DNA of 64,000 nucleotides, taken from NCBI RefSeq assembly GCF_034531035.1, contig NZ_JAVRBY020000016.1, positions 34,521 to 98,520 of the forward strand, in the 5' to 3' direction. The stretch is from Nostoc sp. DedQUE02 (GTDB taxonomy: Bacteria > Cyanobacteriota > Cyanobacteriia > Cyanobacteriales > Nostocaceae). The position numbers and the translations under genes were made by a program. This document shows positions 29,503 through 39,535 of the stretch, piece by piece (the first letter of the stretch is position 1; each line of letters begins with the position of its first letter). The notes under the pieces are model-generated. The model did no database searches. It was not told where the DNA came from and saw nothing but the letters and a program-made list of their open reading frames with translations.

Positions 29503-30510
29503 ATGAATTTAAAAACTTACAGAAAATTAACGGTCAAACAACTGAATCAGAATTTTAAATCAGCCATTGAAATTGTCGAAATTCCTATTTCCAAACCTGC
29601 TGTTAATGAAATTTTAATTCAAAACAAATTTGCTGGCGTTAACGGTGGTTTTGACACCTTACTTTGTCGTGGTGATATTCCATATATTAACTTAATTCCT
29701 CCCTTTGATTTAGGTGTGGAAGCTGTGGGAAAAGTTGTCGATATAGGTGAAAATGTCAAAGATTTTCAAATAGGTGATGCTGTAGTAACTACCGTCCGTG
29801 GTGGCGGCTATCGAGAATATCAAGTTATCGATGCAAACTTAGCAGTGAAGGTGCGCGAAGCAACGGCAGAGTTGCTAACACTAATGCCTACAGGTGTATC
29901 AGCTTTGGTGGCACTGGAACAAGTGGGGGAGATGAAAAGTAATGAAGTGGTTTTAGTGACAGCAGCAGCAGGAGGAACTGGTCATATTGCGGTGCAATTG
30001 GCAAAGCTAGCTGGGAATCATGTCATTGGTACTTGCAGTTCTGAGGCGAAGGCAAAATTACTCAGAGAATTAGGGTGCGATCGCATTATCAACTATCGTA
30101 CAGAAAATCTCAATCAAGTCCTCAAGCAAGAATACCCCGATGGGATTAATTTGATTTTTGAGTGTGTAGGTAAAGCAGTATTTGATACCTGCATTGAAAA
30201 TTTAGCAGTGCGGGGACGTTTAGTAGTGGTTGGTTTTATCTCCGAATACGCAAAAAATGTAGAAGAAATTACACAACCACGTCTTTATCACCAACTATTT
30301 TGGAAAGCAGCTTCTGTCAGAGGCTTTCTCATGGCTCATTATAAAGAGTATATGTCAGAGGCAGGCGATCGCCTCTTAAACCTGTTCTACACAGACAAAC
30401 TTAAAGTTGCCGTTGATCCAACACAGTTTCAAGGCATAGAATCAATACCCGATGCTGTACAATATCTCCTCAGTGGTCAGAATTTTGGCAAAGTGGTTGT
30501 GAGGTTTTAA
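29503..30510 (+). CDS. MDR-superfamily NADPH oxidoreductase (quinone/alkenal reductase type)
   Basis: FAGVNG, PPFDLGVEAVG, VLVTAAAGGTGHIAVQLAK and GRLVVVG. Confidence 0.9.
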   Translation: MNLKTYRKLTVKQLNQNFKSAIEIVEIPISKPAVNEILIQNKFAGVNGGFDTLLCRGDIPYINLIPPFDLGVEAVGKVVDIGENVKDFQIGDAVVTTVRGGGYREYQVIDANLAVKVREATAELLTLMPTGVSALVALEQVGEMKSNEVVLVTAAAGGTGHIAVQLAKLAGNHVIGTCSSEAKAKLLRELGCDRIINYRTENLNQVLKQEYPDGINLIFECVGKAVFDTCIENLAVRGRLVVVGFISEYAKNVEEITQPRLYHQLFWKAASVRGFLMAHYKEYMSEAGDRLLNLFYTDKLKVAVDPTQFQGIESIPDAVQYLLSGQNFGKVVVRF

Positions 30511-30548
30511 GTAAAACGCTATTAGCTTATATCCAGTTGGGAGTGAGA

Positions 30549-30947
30549 ATGACACAAGATTCAGAAAATACTTTAAAAGTTGCTCGGCAAGCATTTGATA
30601 ATCTGACGCACGGTATGGCAACTGGAGAGTGGGAAGCTTTATTAGATATGCTCACAGAAGATTTTACCCTTTGGTTTCCAATGGGTAAATTCCACGGTTT
30701 GAATGTGGGAAAAGAGCGAGCTAGAGAGTTTTTCGAATACGTTTTTGAATCCTTCAATCCTGGGTTAAAACTGACTAGTCTAGACCATGTTACCAGTAAT
30801 GAAACGACTGCTGTCTTTGAGTTTCGGGACGAGGGGCCTTTATTCGGACAGCCTTACAAAAATCGGGTAGCAGTTTCTTTTGATGTGCGTGGAGACAAAA
30901 TTTGTGGCTATAGGGAATACTTTGGCAGTGATGGTAAATCGTATTAA
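30549..30947 (+). CDS. NTF2/SnoaL-like domain protein
   Basis: WEALLDMLTEDFTLWFP...YKNRVAVSFDVRGDKICGYREYF. Probable start is ATG 30549. Confidence 0.85.
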   Translation: MTQDSENTLKVARQAFDNLTHGMATGEWEALLDMLTEDFTLWFPMGKFHGLNVGKERAREFFEYVFESFNPGLKLTSLDHVTSNETTAVFEFRDEGPLFGQPYKNRVAVSFDVRGDKICGYREYFGSDGKSY

Positions 30948-30948
30948 A

Positions 30949-31139
30949 TAATTCGTAATTCGTAATACTTCTCTACGAGAGGCTGCACTTCTCTACGAGA
31001 CGCTCCGCGAACGACTACGCTCTGTTACCACGCCAACGGCTACGCGGTAGTTGAATCTCGACTCACTTCGACGCCGCTCAGTGCAAGTCGCTCGATTACC
31101 GCGTAGTCGAAACTCAGTACAAGTTCGTAATTCGTAATT
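30949..31139. repeat. Composite repeat: TAATTCG heptamers flanking the family B core (31044-31102)
   Basis: The 59-bp core GCGGTAGTTGAATCTCGACTCACTTCG.CGCCGCTCAGTGCAAGTCGCTCGATTACCGC is nearly identical to 38652-38710. Confidence 0.85.
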
Positions 31140-31162
31140 ATGAATTATTTAATTTAGTTTTG

Positions 31163-31648
31163 TTAGTTACTTTCGGGGTTGAGTTCGTTGATTTCTCTGC
31201 ACTTAGCTTCTGCGGCTTGATATGCTGCTAAATAGTCTTGACCACCCAACATTACATCACCATAATATTCATAAGGTGGGTCGCCATAAATTGGCAATGG
31301 ATCATCTTCGGGATAATCTTCTTTCGATTCTTCAATGATGGCTTTCAGCTTTTTAACAGTCAGACTATGTGCTGCAAAATACCAGAGTTCTTGGGGGTTT
31401 TTGTTTAGATAAGGTAATGTAGGATCGATAATGCGGACATCAGAGGCATCACCTAGCTCAATCCAACTGTGTTCAATCGGTCTGTATGGCTTACCAGCAA
31501 AAGCTAAAAATCCCTGAATATATCTTGCTCCTTCAGTGGACAGTGCGGCTTTGTAAGCATTGTCAAAGGGAGTGCTGGCTCTGCTGTTTATCTGTTCAGC
31601 AATTTTGATTGACAGCGTTTCATCCAATAGTTTGTTCATTAATAGCAA
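31163..31648 (-). CDS. Hypothetical protein with HSW and IIDPT motifs
   Basis: 161-aa ORF with plausible composition; no function recognised. Confidence 0.75.
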   Translation of the reverse strand: MLLMNKLLDETLSIKIAEQINSRASTPFDNAYKAALSTEGARYIQGFLAFAGKPYRPIEHSWIELGDASDVRIIDPTLPYLNKNPQELWYFAAHSLTVKKLKAIIEESKEDYPEDDPLPIYGDPPYEYYGDVMLGGQDYLAAYQAAEAKCREINELNPESN

Positions 31649-31743
31649 GGATTAGAGCAGCCATGAAAACATATTACCACTGCTACTTACCATTTTGCTT
31701 GGGTATTGGACATTGGTTATTCACTAATGACTAATGACAAACT

Positions 31744-34140
31744 CTACTTTGTACTAATCACCATTTGTAAATTTCTTAACAAGTCGCTTGAGGTGTAGGG
31801 TTTGGACAAAAGGGTTTTGACATTATTACCAAGGTTTTTAATCATTTCATGATTGAAGGCTAATCCACTAACACCAATAATTTTGATGTCTGGATTAATT
31901 TTTTTCAAAACATTGATCGTTGTTGGCCCATCCATATATGGCATCATCATATCAACCAACACCACGCTAATTTCTTGTTGATGTTCTGTATATAGTGCGA
32001 TCGCATCAATACCATCATTAGCTACTAAAACTTTATAGGCATTTTTTTCTAACCAGGTTTGAGTTACCTCTCGAATTGAATCTTCATCATCAACAACAAG
32101 AATCAATTCTCCATGCCCTGCTGGTAAGTCCTGCTCTCTGGCCAGTTTCTCATCTGTATCGATTGTCTGCGTTACAGGTAAGCAAACTTGGAACTCTGTA
32201 CCTTTGCCCACTTCAGTAACTACATTCACAAAACCACTATGACTTTTGATAATACCAAGCACTGTTGAAAGACCAAGCCCTGTGCCTTTACCCAGTTCTT
32301 TTGTTGTAAAAAATGGCTCAAAAATTCTATCTACTATATCTCTGGTAATTCCTGTACCTGTATCAGAGACGCTAATCATCACGAAAGAACCCATCTTAGC
32401 ATCAATATTCATTCGGGCATAGTGGCTATCAACCCAGAAATTTTTTGCAGAAATCTTAAGGATACCGCCATGCGGCATAGCATCACGCGCATTAATACAG
32501 AGGTTCATCAACACTTGGTGTAGCTGAGTAGCATCGCCAAAAATATTCCATAGGTTTTGCCCAGGAACATCAATGCGAATTTCAATCGCTCTGGAAAATG
32601 TTTGCTTGACAATATTTTCAATTTCTGAAATTAAATTCCCCACCTGTAAGGTTTTAAAGTTACCTACAGAACCGCGTGAAAACCACAGCACTTGTTTAAC
32701 TAAATCTGCTGCACGTTTAACATTTGTTTCCATGATTGTCAGCCATTGCTGACTTTTTTCATCGGGCAGCTTTGCCTCTAAAAGTTGTACTGTCATCATT
32801 ATGGGAGTCAGTGCATTGTTGAGATCGTGGGCGATGCCACTTGCCAGAGTGCCAAGACTTTCCATACGCTGGGCCCGGAGAAACTGTGCTTCGAGTTGTT
32901 TTTTCTCTGTAATGTCAGAGTTGACAATCAGGATAGATTTAGCTTGTCCCTCATCATCATTTACTAGTGTCCAACGGCTAGCAACAATTATCTGTTTGTT
33001 TTGTTTTGTGACTTGATGTAACTCACCTTGCCATGAACCACTCTCAGCTAAAGTTTTCTGGATGTTTTTCAGTTCGCCAAAACTTGGCTTTCGATACAAA
33101 AGCTGATTGGCATTTTGGCCTACTGCTTCTTCTGCCATCCAACCGTAGAGATATTCAGCGCCTTTATTCCAAAATTGAATTTGGTGTACCAAATTTTGAA
33201 CAATAATTGCGTCTGTGGTGATGTCAAGCAAAGCCGCTTGCTCACGGATTTTCTGTTCTGCTTCTTTACGTTCGCGCAGCGCAGCTTGTTGTTCGGTAAT
33301 ATCAATTACAAAGCCCGCCATTCGAGCAACTTTTCCTGTAGAGTCTAAAAAGATATACCCGTTATTCTCAACTGTAATGTAAGTTCCATCTTTGCGACAT
33401 ACCCGAAATTCAAGATGGAATCGCTTTTTTGTGGCTAAAACACGGTTAATCTCTTCGTTAAAGAAGTTTCTATCATCAGGATGAACCAACTCTAACCAAC
33501 GATTCAAACCTCCTAACATCTCAGCCATAGAGTAACCTAATATTCCCTCTACATTCCCACCATATTTAATATCGTTGGTATGTAAATGCCAGTCATAGAG
33601 AATCTGACCACTCGCTTGAATTAGTGCTTGATACCGATTATTCCACTCATCTAATGCATCTGAATGACATCGCAGTTTTTCCTCTATTTGCTGGCGCTCC
33701 AAGATTTCCATCTCTAAACGTTTATTTTGCTCTGTGAGTTTTTTTGTCAGGTTTCGTAAACGTAAATGCGTATTTATTCTAGCTAAAACCTCTTCATGCT
33801 CTAGAGGTTTTGTAATATAATCTACTGCGCCAAGATTCAAACCTTTGACTTTATCCACCTTGTCACTCATAGCAGTTATGAATATTACGGGAATATCTAG
33901 AGTGGCTGGATTTATTTTCAAAAGTCTACAAGTTTCAAAACCATCGATCCCTGGCATTAATATATCTAGCAAAATCAGGTCTGGTAAGGCATATTCTGCC
34001 ATTTTTACGCCACTTTGACCGTCTTCAGCTACTAAAACTTTAAAACCGTAGTGTTCTAATAAATCAAATAATATTTGTAAATTAATAGGAGTATCATCGA
34101 CTATTAAAATTACATGTTTTTCGTTTTTGTTACAATTCAT
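31744..34140 (-). CDS. Hybrid histidine kinase (REC-PAS-PAS-HisKA-HATPase-REC)
   Basis: ILIVDDTP and DLILLDILMPG, PAS WLELVHPDD, H-box [16 protein letters not shown], and C-terminal ILVVDDE. Confidence 0.95.
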   Translation of the reverse strand: MNCNKNEKHVILIVDDTPINLQILFDLLEHYGFKVLVAEDGQSGVKMAEYALPDLILLDILMPGIDGFETCRLLKINPATLDIPVIFITAMSDKVDKVKGLNLGAVDYITKPLEHEEVLARINTHLRLRNLTKKLTEQNKRLEMEILERQQIEEKLRCHSDALDEWNNRYQALIQASGQILYDWHLHTNDIKYGGNVEGILGYSMAEMLGGLNRWLELVHPDDRNFFNEEINRVLATKKRFHLEFRVCRKDGTYITVENNGYIFLDSTGKVARMAGFVIDITEQQAALRERKEAEQKIREQAALLDITTDAIIVQNLVHQIQFWNKGAEYLYGWMAEEAVGQNANQLLYRKPSFGELKNIQKTLAESGSWQGELHQVTKQNKQIIVASRWTLVNDDEGQAKSILIVNSDITEKKQLEAQFLRAQRMESLGTLASGIAHDLNNALTPIMMTVQLLEAKLPDEKSQQWLTIMETNVKRAADLVKQVLWFSRGSVGNFKTLQVGNLISEIENIVKQTFSRAIEIRIDVPGQNLWNIFGDATQLHQVLMNLCINARDAMPHGGILKISAKNFWVDSHYARMNIDAKMGSFVMISVSDTGTGITRDIVDRIFEPFFTTKELGKGTGLGLSTVLGIIKSHSGFVNVVTEVGKGTEFQVCLPVTQTIDTDEKLAREQDLPAGHGELILVVDDEDSIREVTQTWLEKNAYKVLVANDGIDAIALYTEHQQEISVVLVDMMMPYMDGPTTINVLKKINPDIKIIGVSGLAFNHEMIKNLGNNVKTLLSKPYTSSDLLRNLQMVISTK

Positions 34141-34610
34141 AGTTGCCCCTTATTAAAATAGTTTTAAAAGTTGTCGAATTTATTTGCCTTTAAAAAAAAT
34201 ATTTGGTAAGTTGGTAAACGGCACTGTATCACCTACTTATTGTTGAAATGGCAAAAAAATTTGCTAATTAGACTATCTCTTAGCTGATTTCTCTTAGCTG
34301 ATTGGTATATTATATTTTCGGCAAATTTTTGTAGATATATACGAATTTGGGAATAAAAAGCAAAAAGATTTAATTTAAAGTAAACTATCTCCAGGAAATG
34401 CCTACATCTATCTATAAAGTAGAGCTTATAGGTAAGAAATATAAGCATCAGCTATGCATGTAAAAAGTAGATAAGCTCTGAGTTAGAGCATTTCGATCTG
34501 AAACTTCGATGTTGGTGTAGCCTGAGAGCTATGCCTATGCGTGGCGATCGCACTTTTATTTCCTTTTCCAAAAGCACGCGTAATTAATTTCACCAGATAT
34601 CTAATAAATA

Positions 34611-34636
34611 GGGGCACACAGCTAGCTGTGCGCCCC
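34611..34636. terminator. GC-rich hairpin (small palindromic repeat or terminator) downstream of wcaF
   Basis: GGGGCACACAGC-TA-GCTGTGCGCCCC. Confidence 0.55.
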
Positions 34637-34656
34637 CAATATGTTTATCTATAAAA

Positions 34657-35238
34657 TCAGGGAGTTGTGGGAGGATCAAGTTTTATCCTAACCGTCTTGG
34701 GACGACAGGGACTTCCCCAACAAACCTGCCCAGAGGGCATATTAGTAAAAACACTACTACGAGCGCCAATCACAGCATTAGCCCCGATTTGCACTCCCGG
34801 CCCAACAAAACAATCTGCTGCTACCCATGCACCATTGTCAATGGTGATACTTGCTGTTTTCAAACCAAAGGCAGGATCTTGGAGATCATGACTACCAGTA
34901 CACAGGTAACTTTTTTGGGAAATTACGCAATGTTCACCGATGTGGATCTGATCGAGGCTGTATAAAACTACGTTATCTCCAATCCAACTGTAGTCACCAA
35001 TCGTAACTTTCCAAGGGTAAGTGAAGCGGGCAGTAGGTCGAATTAATACACCTTTGCCGATACTAGCGCCAAACAACCGTAGCAGAGCGCAACGCAGGAT
35101 ATTTAACGGTTGAGGAGTAAGAGGAAAGGCGATCGCTTGTACAAACCACCATAATAAAACATACCAACTTGGACGCCCCCGATCAAACCAAGATTGGTCA
35201 TATTTGCGTAAATCTACGAAAGGTTGGTCATTTGTCAT
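34657..35238 (-). CDS. wcaF: WcaF-family polysaccharide O-acetyltransferase
   Basis: LLRLFGASIGKGVLIRP...YPWKVTIGDYSWIGD...LCTGSHD plus hexapeptide repeats. Confidence 0.9.
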   Translation of the reverse strand: MTNDQPFVDLRKYDQSWFDRGRPSWYVLLWWFVQAIAFPLTPQPLNILRCALLRLFGASIGKGVLIRPTARFTYPWKVTIGDYSWIGDNVVLYSLDQIHIGEHCVISQKSYLCTGSHDLQDPAFGLKTASITIDNGAWVAADCFVGPGVQIGANAVIGARSSVFTNMPSGQVCWGSPCRPKTVRIKLDPPTTP

Positions 35239-35352
35239 TCAATTTTAGATTTTAGATTCTAGGCTTTTGCGTGGCGCTCAATCGAACTATTTTAGATTTT
35301 AAATTTTTCCTTAAATCCAAAATCCAAAATTCAAAATCTAAAATTGGCAAAG

Positions 35353-36357
35353 TTAGGAATCAATGGTCAATAGCTTTCCCTCTGTTCCTTGGTCACTGAG
35401 TTTAGCCTGAGCGGCGTCGAAGGGCGTAGCCGAAATGCTGCTCCCCTGCTCTCCTACTCCTTCCTTCGGGGTAGTTGCAGTATTTAAGTGACCACCACAG
35501 TTACGTAATTCGTAAAGTTTAACGCCAATTTGATATTCATATTGACTTAGCAAGCGTGCATAAATATATCCTGCTTTGCCATCCAAAAAACCACGTTGAA
35601 TAATATAAAACAAAACAAACCGCAAAATGGGTTTAAATGGCAAGTGTACCCACACTTTTTTCAAAAAGCGCTTGCGTTGTACGGCATCACCAAATAGATT
35701 TGCGCCAATAGTACCGCTCTCGTCTTTACCTGTGAGAATATTAAAATAAACACTGGCTTCCCAATTAGAATAACGGTTGTGTCGTTCTAACCAGTGGTAA
35801 AGGTCGCGGAAATCCTCGTGGAGCATATCATTTTTGAGATATCCAACTTTCCCCTGTAAAATCACGTGTTCGTGAACTTCGTTATCACCAGTATTCGGAA
35901 TATCTTCTGTATTTAGATTTTCGTAGCGACCTTTTTTATGTTGAAACAAACGTAGATTCCAATCAGGATATTTCCCACCATAACGAATCCATTTTCCTAA
36001 GAAAAATACGCGGCGATTGAGATAATAACCGGTATATTCCTCGTTGTGAATTGCTTGTTCAATTTCTTCCCACAGTTCCGGGGTAATGCGCTCATCGCAA
36101 TCTACAATTAGTACCCATTCGTTACGGAAAGGAAGATTATCTAAAGACCAATTTTTCTTTTTGGGCCAACGTCCATTAAAGTTAAATTGAACGACATTTA
36201 CACCGTGATTTTTAGCAATTTCAATGCTGTTGTCAGTACTTTGAGAATCTACTACAAATATTTCATCTGCTCTACTAAGACTAGCAAGACAGGCAGGCAA
36301 GTTTACTTGTTCATTTTTGGCTGGAATTAGTACTGAAACTGGTATTTTAGATAGCAT
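35353..36357 (-). CDS. Glycosyltransferase family 2
   Basis: VLIPAKNE, VVDSQSTD, WVLIVDCDE and RHNRYSNWEA. The C-terminal tail is repeat-derived. Confidence 0.92.
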   Translation of the reverse strand: MLSKIPVSVLIPAKNEQVNLPACLASLSRADEIFVVDSQSTDNSIEIAKNHGVNVVQFNFNGRWPKKKNWSLDNLPFRNEWVLIVDCDERITPELWEEIEQAIHNEEYTGYYLNRRVFFLGKWIRYGGKYPDWNLRLFQHKKGRYENLNTEDIPNTGDNEVHEHVILQGKVGYLKNDMLHEDFRDLYHWLERHNRYSNWEASVYFNILTGKDESGTIGANLFGDAVQRKRFLKKVWVHLPFKPILRFVLFYIIQRGFLDGKAGYIYARLLSQYEYQIGVKLYELRNCGGHLNTATTPKEGVGEQGSSISATPFDAAQAKLSDQGTEGKLLTIDS

Positions 36358-36380
36358 AGGAGTATAAATTATGTTATTGG

Positions 36381-37313
36381 CTATTTTTTATTTGATGTAG
36401 ATAAAAGGCCCTGAATAGCAGCATTTAAGTAACCAATCTGACCATAAGCATAAACAAGTTTGTCAAACCGTTCTGCTGGATCAGAGAAATATTGCAATGC
36501 CTTATACAAGCCACGCACAAACCGTTCACTACCTCGCTGCAATTGAGCGATTCCAGCTTTACCAGCGAGTTGTTCTCGATAACATTCACTGATACCTTGC
36601 CACCAGCCTCGGTTCAAAAACCAGGAGCGTTGGAGGCGTTCTGGGGCTACATTGTGAGCGACTAGCGCTTCAGGAAGATAAGCGACTTGCCAACCACGCT
36701 GTAGGGCAAATTCAGTCATTAGAAGTTCTTCATTAGATAATAAATTTTTTCCCACTCGACCGAGATTAGGATCAAAACCGCCAATTTCTTCTAGGAAACT
36801 GCGGCGGATGGAGTAATTTAAGCCTCTAGGTGTTGAGCCAGGTTGCTCGATGTAGATGGTATTATCACCTAAGTCGTATGCACCCAGATTTGCAGCTAGC
36901 CCTGGAGATAGCCACCGTGGTTGTTGAATTCCTGGGGGCCACAGGAGAGTGACTTTGCCACCTGCGATCGCTAGTTTAGAATTATTGTAATAGGCAGAAT
37001 ATAAAACTTGCAGCCAGCCCTTACTGGCAACGGCATCGTCATCCAGATAAGCAAGAATATCACCACTGGCTATTCTTGCACCCGTATTACGGGCTACAGA
37101 TAAACCAATGGTGGGTTCAAAAACATACTTCAGGCGCTGATTGTGGGTTCTTTCTTCTACAACCTCACGAGTGCGATCAGTAGATCCATTATCAACTACC
37201 ACAATTTCAAAGTCAGCAGCAAAATCCTGTGCTAAAAGACTATCAATTGCAGCCCCTAAATAGGTATCTCGATTGTAAGTACAGATAATGGCAGAGATTT
37301 GTGTGTCTGGCAT
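36381..37313 (-). CDS. Glycosyltransferase family 2
   Basis: AIICTYNR, VVDNGSTD, ARNTGA and AYLDDDA. Probable start is MPDTQ at 37313; the track's N-terminal extension lies in a repeat. Confidence 0.92.
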   Translation of the reverse strand: MPDTQISAIICTYNRDTYLGAAIDSLLAQDFAADFEIVVVDNGSTDRTREVVEERTHNQRLKYVFEPTIGLSVARNTGARIASGDILAYLDDDAVASKGWLQVLYSAYYNNSKLAIAGGKVTLLWPPGIQQPRWLSPGLAANLGAYDLGDNTIYIEQPGSTPRGLNYSIRRSFLEEIGGFDPNLGRVGKNLLSNEELLMTEFALQRGWQVAYLPEALVAHNVAPERLQRSWFLNRGWWQGISECYREQLAGKAGIAQLQRGSERFVRGLYKALQYFSDPAERFDKLVYAYGQIGYLNAAIQGLLSTSNKK

Positions 37314-37339
37314 AGATTTAATTTTGGATTTGAGATTTG

Positions 37340-37480
37340 GGACTTCGGCTCCTTTCGACTTCGCTACCTCGACTTCGGCTCCATCGAGCGACTTGTACTG
37401 AGTTTCGACTACGCTCAACTACCGCGTAGTCGAAGTAAGTCGAGATGCTCGGCACAAGTCAAGGCTAGTCGCTCAGTCGA
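37340..37480. repeat. Degenerate composite family B repeat
   Basis: TCGAGCGACTTGTACTGAGTTTCGACTACGC and CAACTACCGC are reverse complements of the 31044-31120 element. Confidence 0.75.
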
Positions 37481-37589
37481 ACGATTTTAGATTAAAATCT
37501 TAAATCCAATGCATAACTGCTGAAAGTTAATCTAAACCAAAAGTTACCGACCTACCAACCGAGTTTCTTCGGAAATAATCTTTAAAACT

Positions 37590-38402
37590 TCACGTTTGTT
37601 GAATATGACTGTGTAAAACTACAAGAGTTTGAGCGAGTTGACTCAGGCGAGTTTCCAAAGATTGCTTGCGCCCTAACAGTTGACGTAACTTTTGGTAACG
37701 AGCGATCGCCATACTAACATTGGGAACCTGATCCGGTGGACATGGGCGCGACCAGACTTTACCAGCATCGTCTAAACCACAGAGGCGATAGCCAGTAATA
37801 GATGATTGATAAGATACTTTTCCACCAGTGGCGCAAATTTCTTCTACGTAGTTCATTAAGCGGTCAACCTCTGCATGACGCAGTGTCGCGGTTCCTGCTG
37901 GTTCTGGTTCGCTGGGATTGGATTCTAACCAGCCATTGACAATTGGCCCTTCTAAGTAAATATCCTGAATTTGCTTCAAAATATTTTGCAATTCTGTTTG
38001 CCAACCAGCGACAGTTTCCTGAATTTCTTGCAATAGATTCATCGCCAATGCTGGATTCGCACCGTGGCGATGACTACTAAAGCTCGGAGTTTTCAACTTG
38101 GGTAGGCTGGGTGTTCTGTTACCATTCTCTTCTGTTTGAAAGGTCTGTACAGAGTCATGGTGAGGAAAGAAATTTTGTTCAGATGAATAATCACTCTCAG
38201 TCTCTTTGCCCAATTCAACGAGTTTCTCATCCTGAGAGGATGGAATTTGTGTACTTTCTGTGGATTCGTTGGCTCCGACGCTGATTCTAAAAGAGAAAGG
38301 CCGTTTTGTCGTCGTCGAATCACTTGTTTCGGCAGTAGAGGCAGTGCCGCGATTCCCTAAATCGTGTAGAGTTGCTTCAATGCGTTTTAAGCCTGCGTTC
38401 AT
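37590..38402 (-). CDS. Hypothetical protein (low-complexity N-terminus, globular and coiled C-terminus)
   Basis: EGPIVNGWLES...GYRLCGLD...WSRPCPPDQ...AIARYQKLRQLL. Probable start is ATG 38402. Confidence 0.8.
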   Translation of the reverse strand: MNAGLKRIEATLHDLGNRGTASTAETSDSTTTKRPFSFRISVGANESTESTQIPSSQDEKLVELGKETESDYSSEQNFFPHHDSVQTFQTEENGNRTPSLPKLKTPSFSSHRHGANPALAMNLLQEIQETVAGWQTELQNILKQIQDIYLEGPIVNGWLESNPSEPEPAGTATLRHAEVDRLMNYVEEICATGGKVSYQSSITGYRLCGLDDAGKVWSRPCPPDQVPNVSMAIARYQKLRQLLGRKQSLETRLSQLAQTLVVLHSHIQQT

Positions 38403-38592
38403 AAAAGATATCCTAAAGTTTGCTTTCCCCAGTGGTATTGAATAATTGAGAATGGGATTGTTGGGATTTTTGGCTTTTGCCAGTTGTGGCATCAATGATG
38501 CTGGTGCTAATTTTATCCCTTAAAAGTTATTTGAAACCAAAAATCTCACCCATGAAGTAAAAAACTGTGGTGATAAATTGCAACAGTCGTAC

Positions 38593-38884
38593 TATAGTAA
38601 TCCGATTTGATTCCTGAATTAAGGAGTGAAAACCGGGGACACAACGACTGCGCGGTAGTTGAATCTCGACTCACTTCGGCGCCGCTCAGTGCAAGTCGCT
38701 CGATTACCGCCAAGCGGTGCACTGAGCTTGTCGTTGTGTCGAAACTCAGTGCAAGTCGCTCGATTACCGCCAAGCGATGCACTGAGCTTGTCGTTGTGTC
38801 GAAACTCAGTGCATCGCTGGGGACTGGGAAGAAGGAATAAAAGTGTACTGAGTTTTTTTCACGCAATCAAATATGAGTCCTATA
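38593..38884. mobile_element. MITE-like element (family A, copy 4) containing family B repeats, including a 60-bp tandem duplication
   Basis: Ends are TATAGTAATCCGATTTGATTCCTG and CAATCAAATATGAGTCCTATA. The duplicated units are 38685-38744 and 38745-38804. Confidence 0.7.
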
Positions 38885-38909
38885 TTGTTAAAATACTCAG
38901 TAAAAAACT

Positions 38910-39485
38910 TTGGGTAAAATCATTTTAATAACAGGGCCAGCACGATCTGGTAAAAGTGAATGGGCAGAAACTTTAGCTATGCAGTCAGGAAAAGCAGTTG
39001 TTTACGTAGCAACAGCCACCGATAACCCAGACGATCGAGAATGGCATCAACGCATTTTAGAACACCAACAACGTCGTCCCCAAGACTGGGTAACTCTATC
39101 TGTACCCGTGGAACTGTCTGCTACTCTCGCCGATGCCAAACCCTATACCTGCCTCTTGGTTGATTCTTTAGGAACTTGGGTTGCTAATCTCCTGGAACAA
39201 GACGAATCTAGCTGGGGAAACATTGTTACAGAGTTATTAGAGACGGTGGAACTGGTTGCTGCTGATATGCTGTTCGTAGCAGAAGAGGTGGGTTGGGGCG
39301 TGATACCAGCTTATCCCCTTGGGAGGGCATTCCGCGATCGCCTCGGTTCTTTAGTACGCCAGGTAAGTACACTCAGCGAAACTGTTTATTTAGTGACTGG
39401 TGGTCATGTCCTCAATCTCAGTGTCCTTGGTTCGCCATTGCCAAATAGAGGGGATGCTGGAACATTCAGAAGTCAAGATTCTTAA
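38910..39485 (+). CDS. cobU: Bifunctional adenosylcobinamide kinase / cobinamide-phosphate guanylyltransferase
   Basis: LITGPARSGKSEWAE, YVATA, RILEHQQRRP, LVDSLGTW and EEVGWGVIP. Confidence 0.95.
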   Translation: MGKIILITGPARSGKSEWAETLAMQSGKAVVYVATATDNPDDREWHQRILEHQQRRPQDWVTLSVPVELSATLADAKPYTCLLVDSLGTWVANLLEQDESSWGNIVTELLETVELVAADMLFVAEEVGWGVIPAYPLGRAFRDRLGSLVRQVSTLSETVYLVTGGHVLNLSVLGSPLPNRGDAGTFRSQDS

Positions 39486-39535
39486 TTAGATTCAAATTAA
39501 TCCAAAATTTAAAATTTAAAATCTAAAATTGTAAT

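Noticed and set aside
38652-38813. Possible mini-CRISPR (palindromic repeat with spacers)
   Set aside because: The would-be spacers are identical, so this is a 60-bp tandem duplication inside a MITE.
38546-38928. ORFs of 77-106 aa with repeated peptides (also 17817-18046, 37299-37490 and 45298-45905)
   Set aside because: They are translations of dispersed DNA repeats, with no independent coding evidence.
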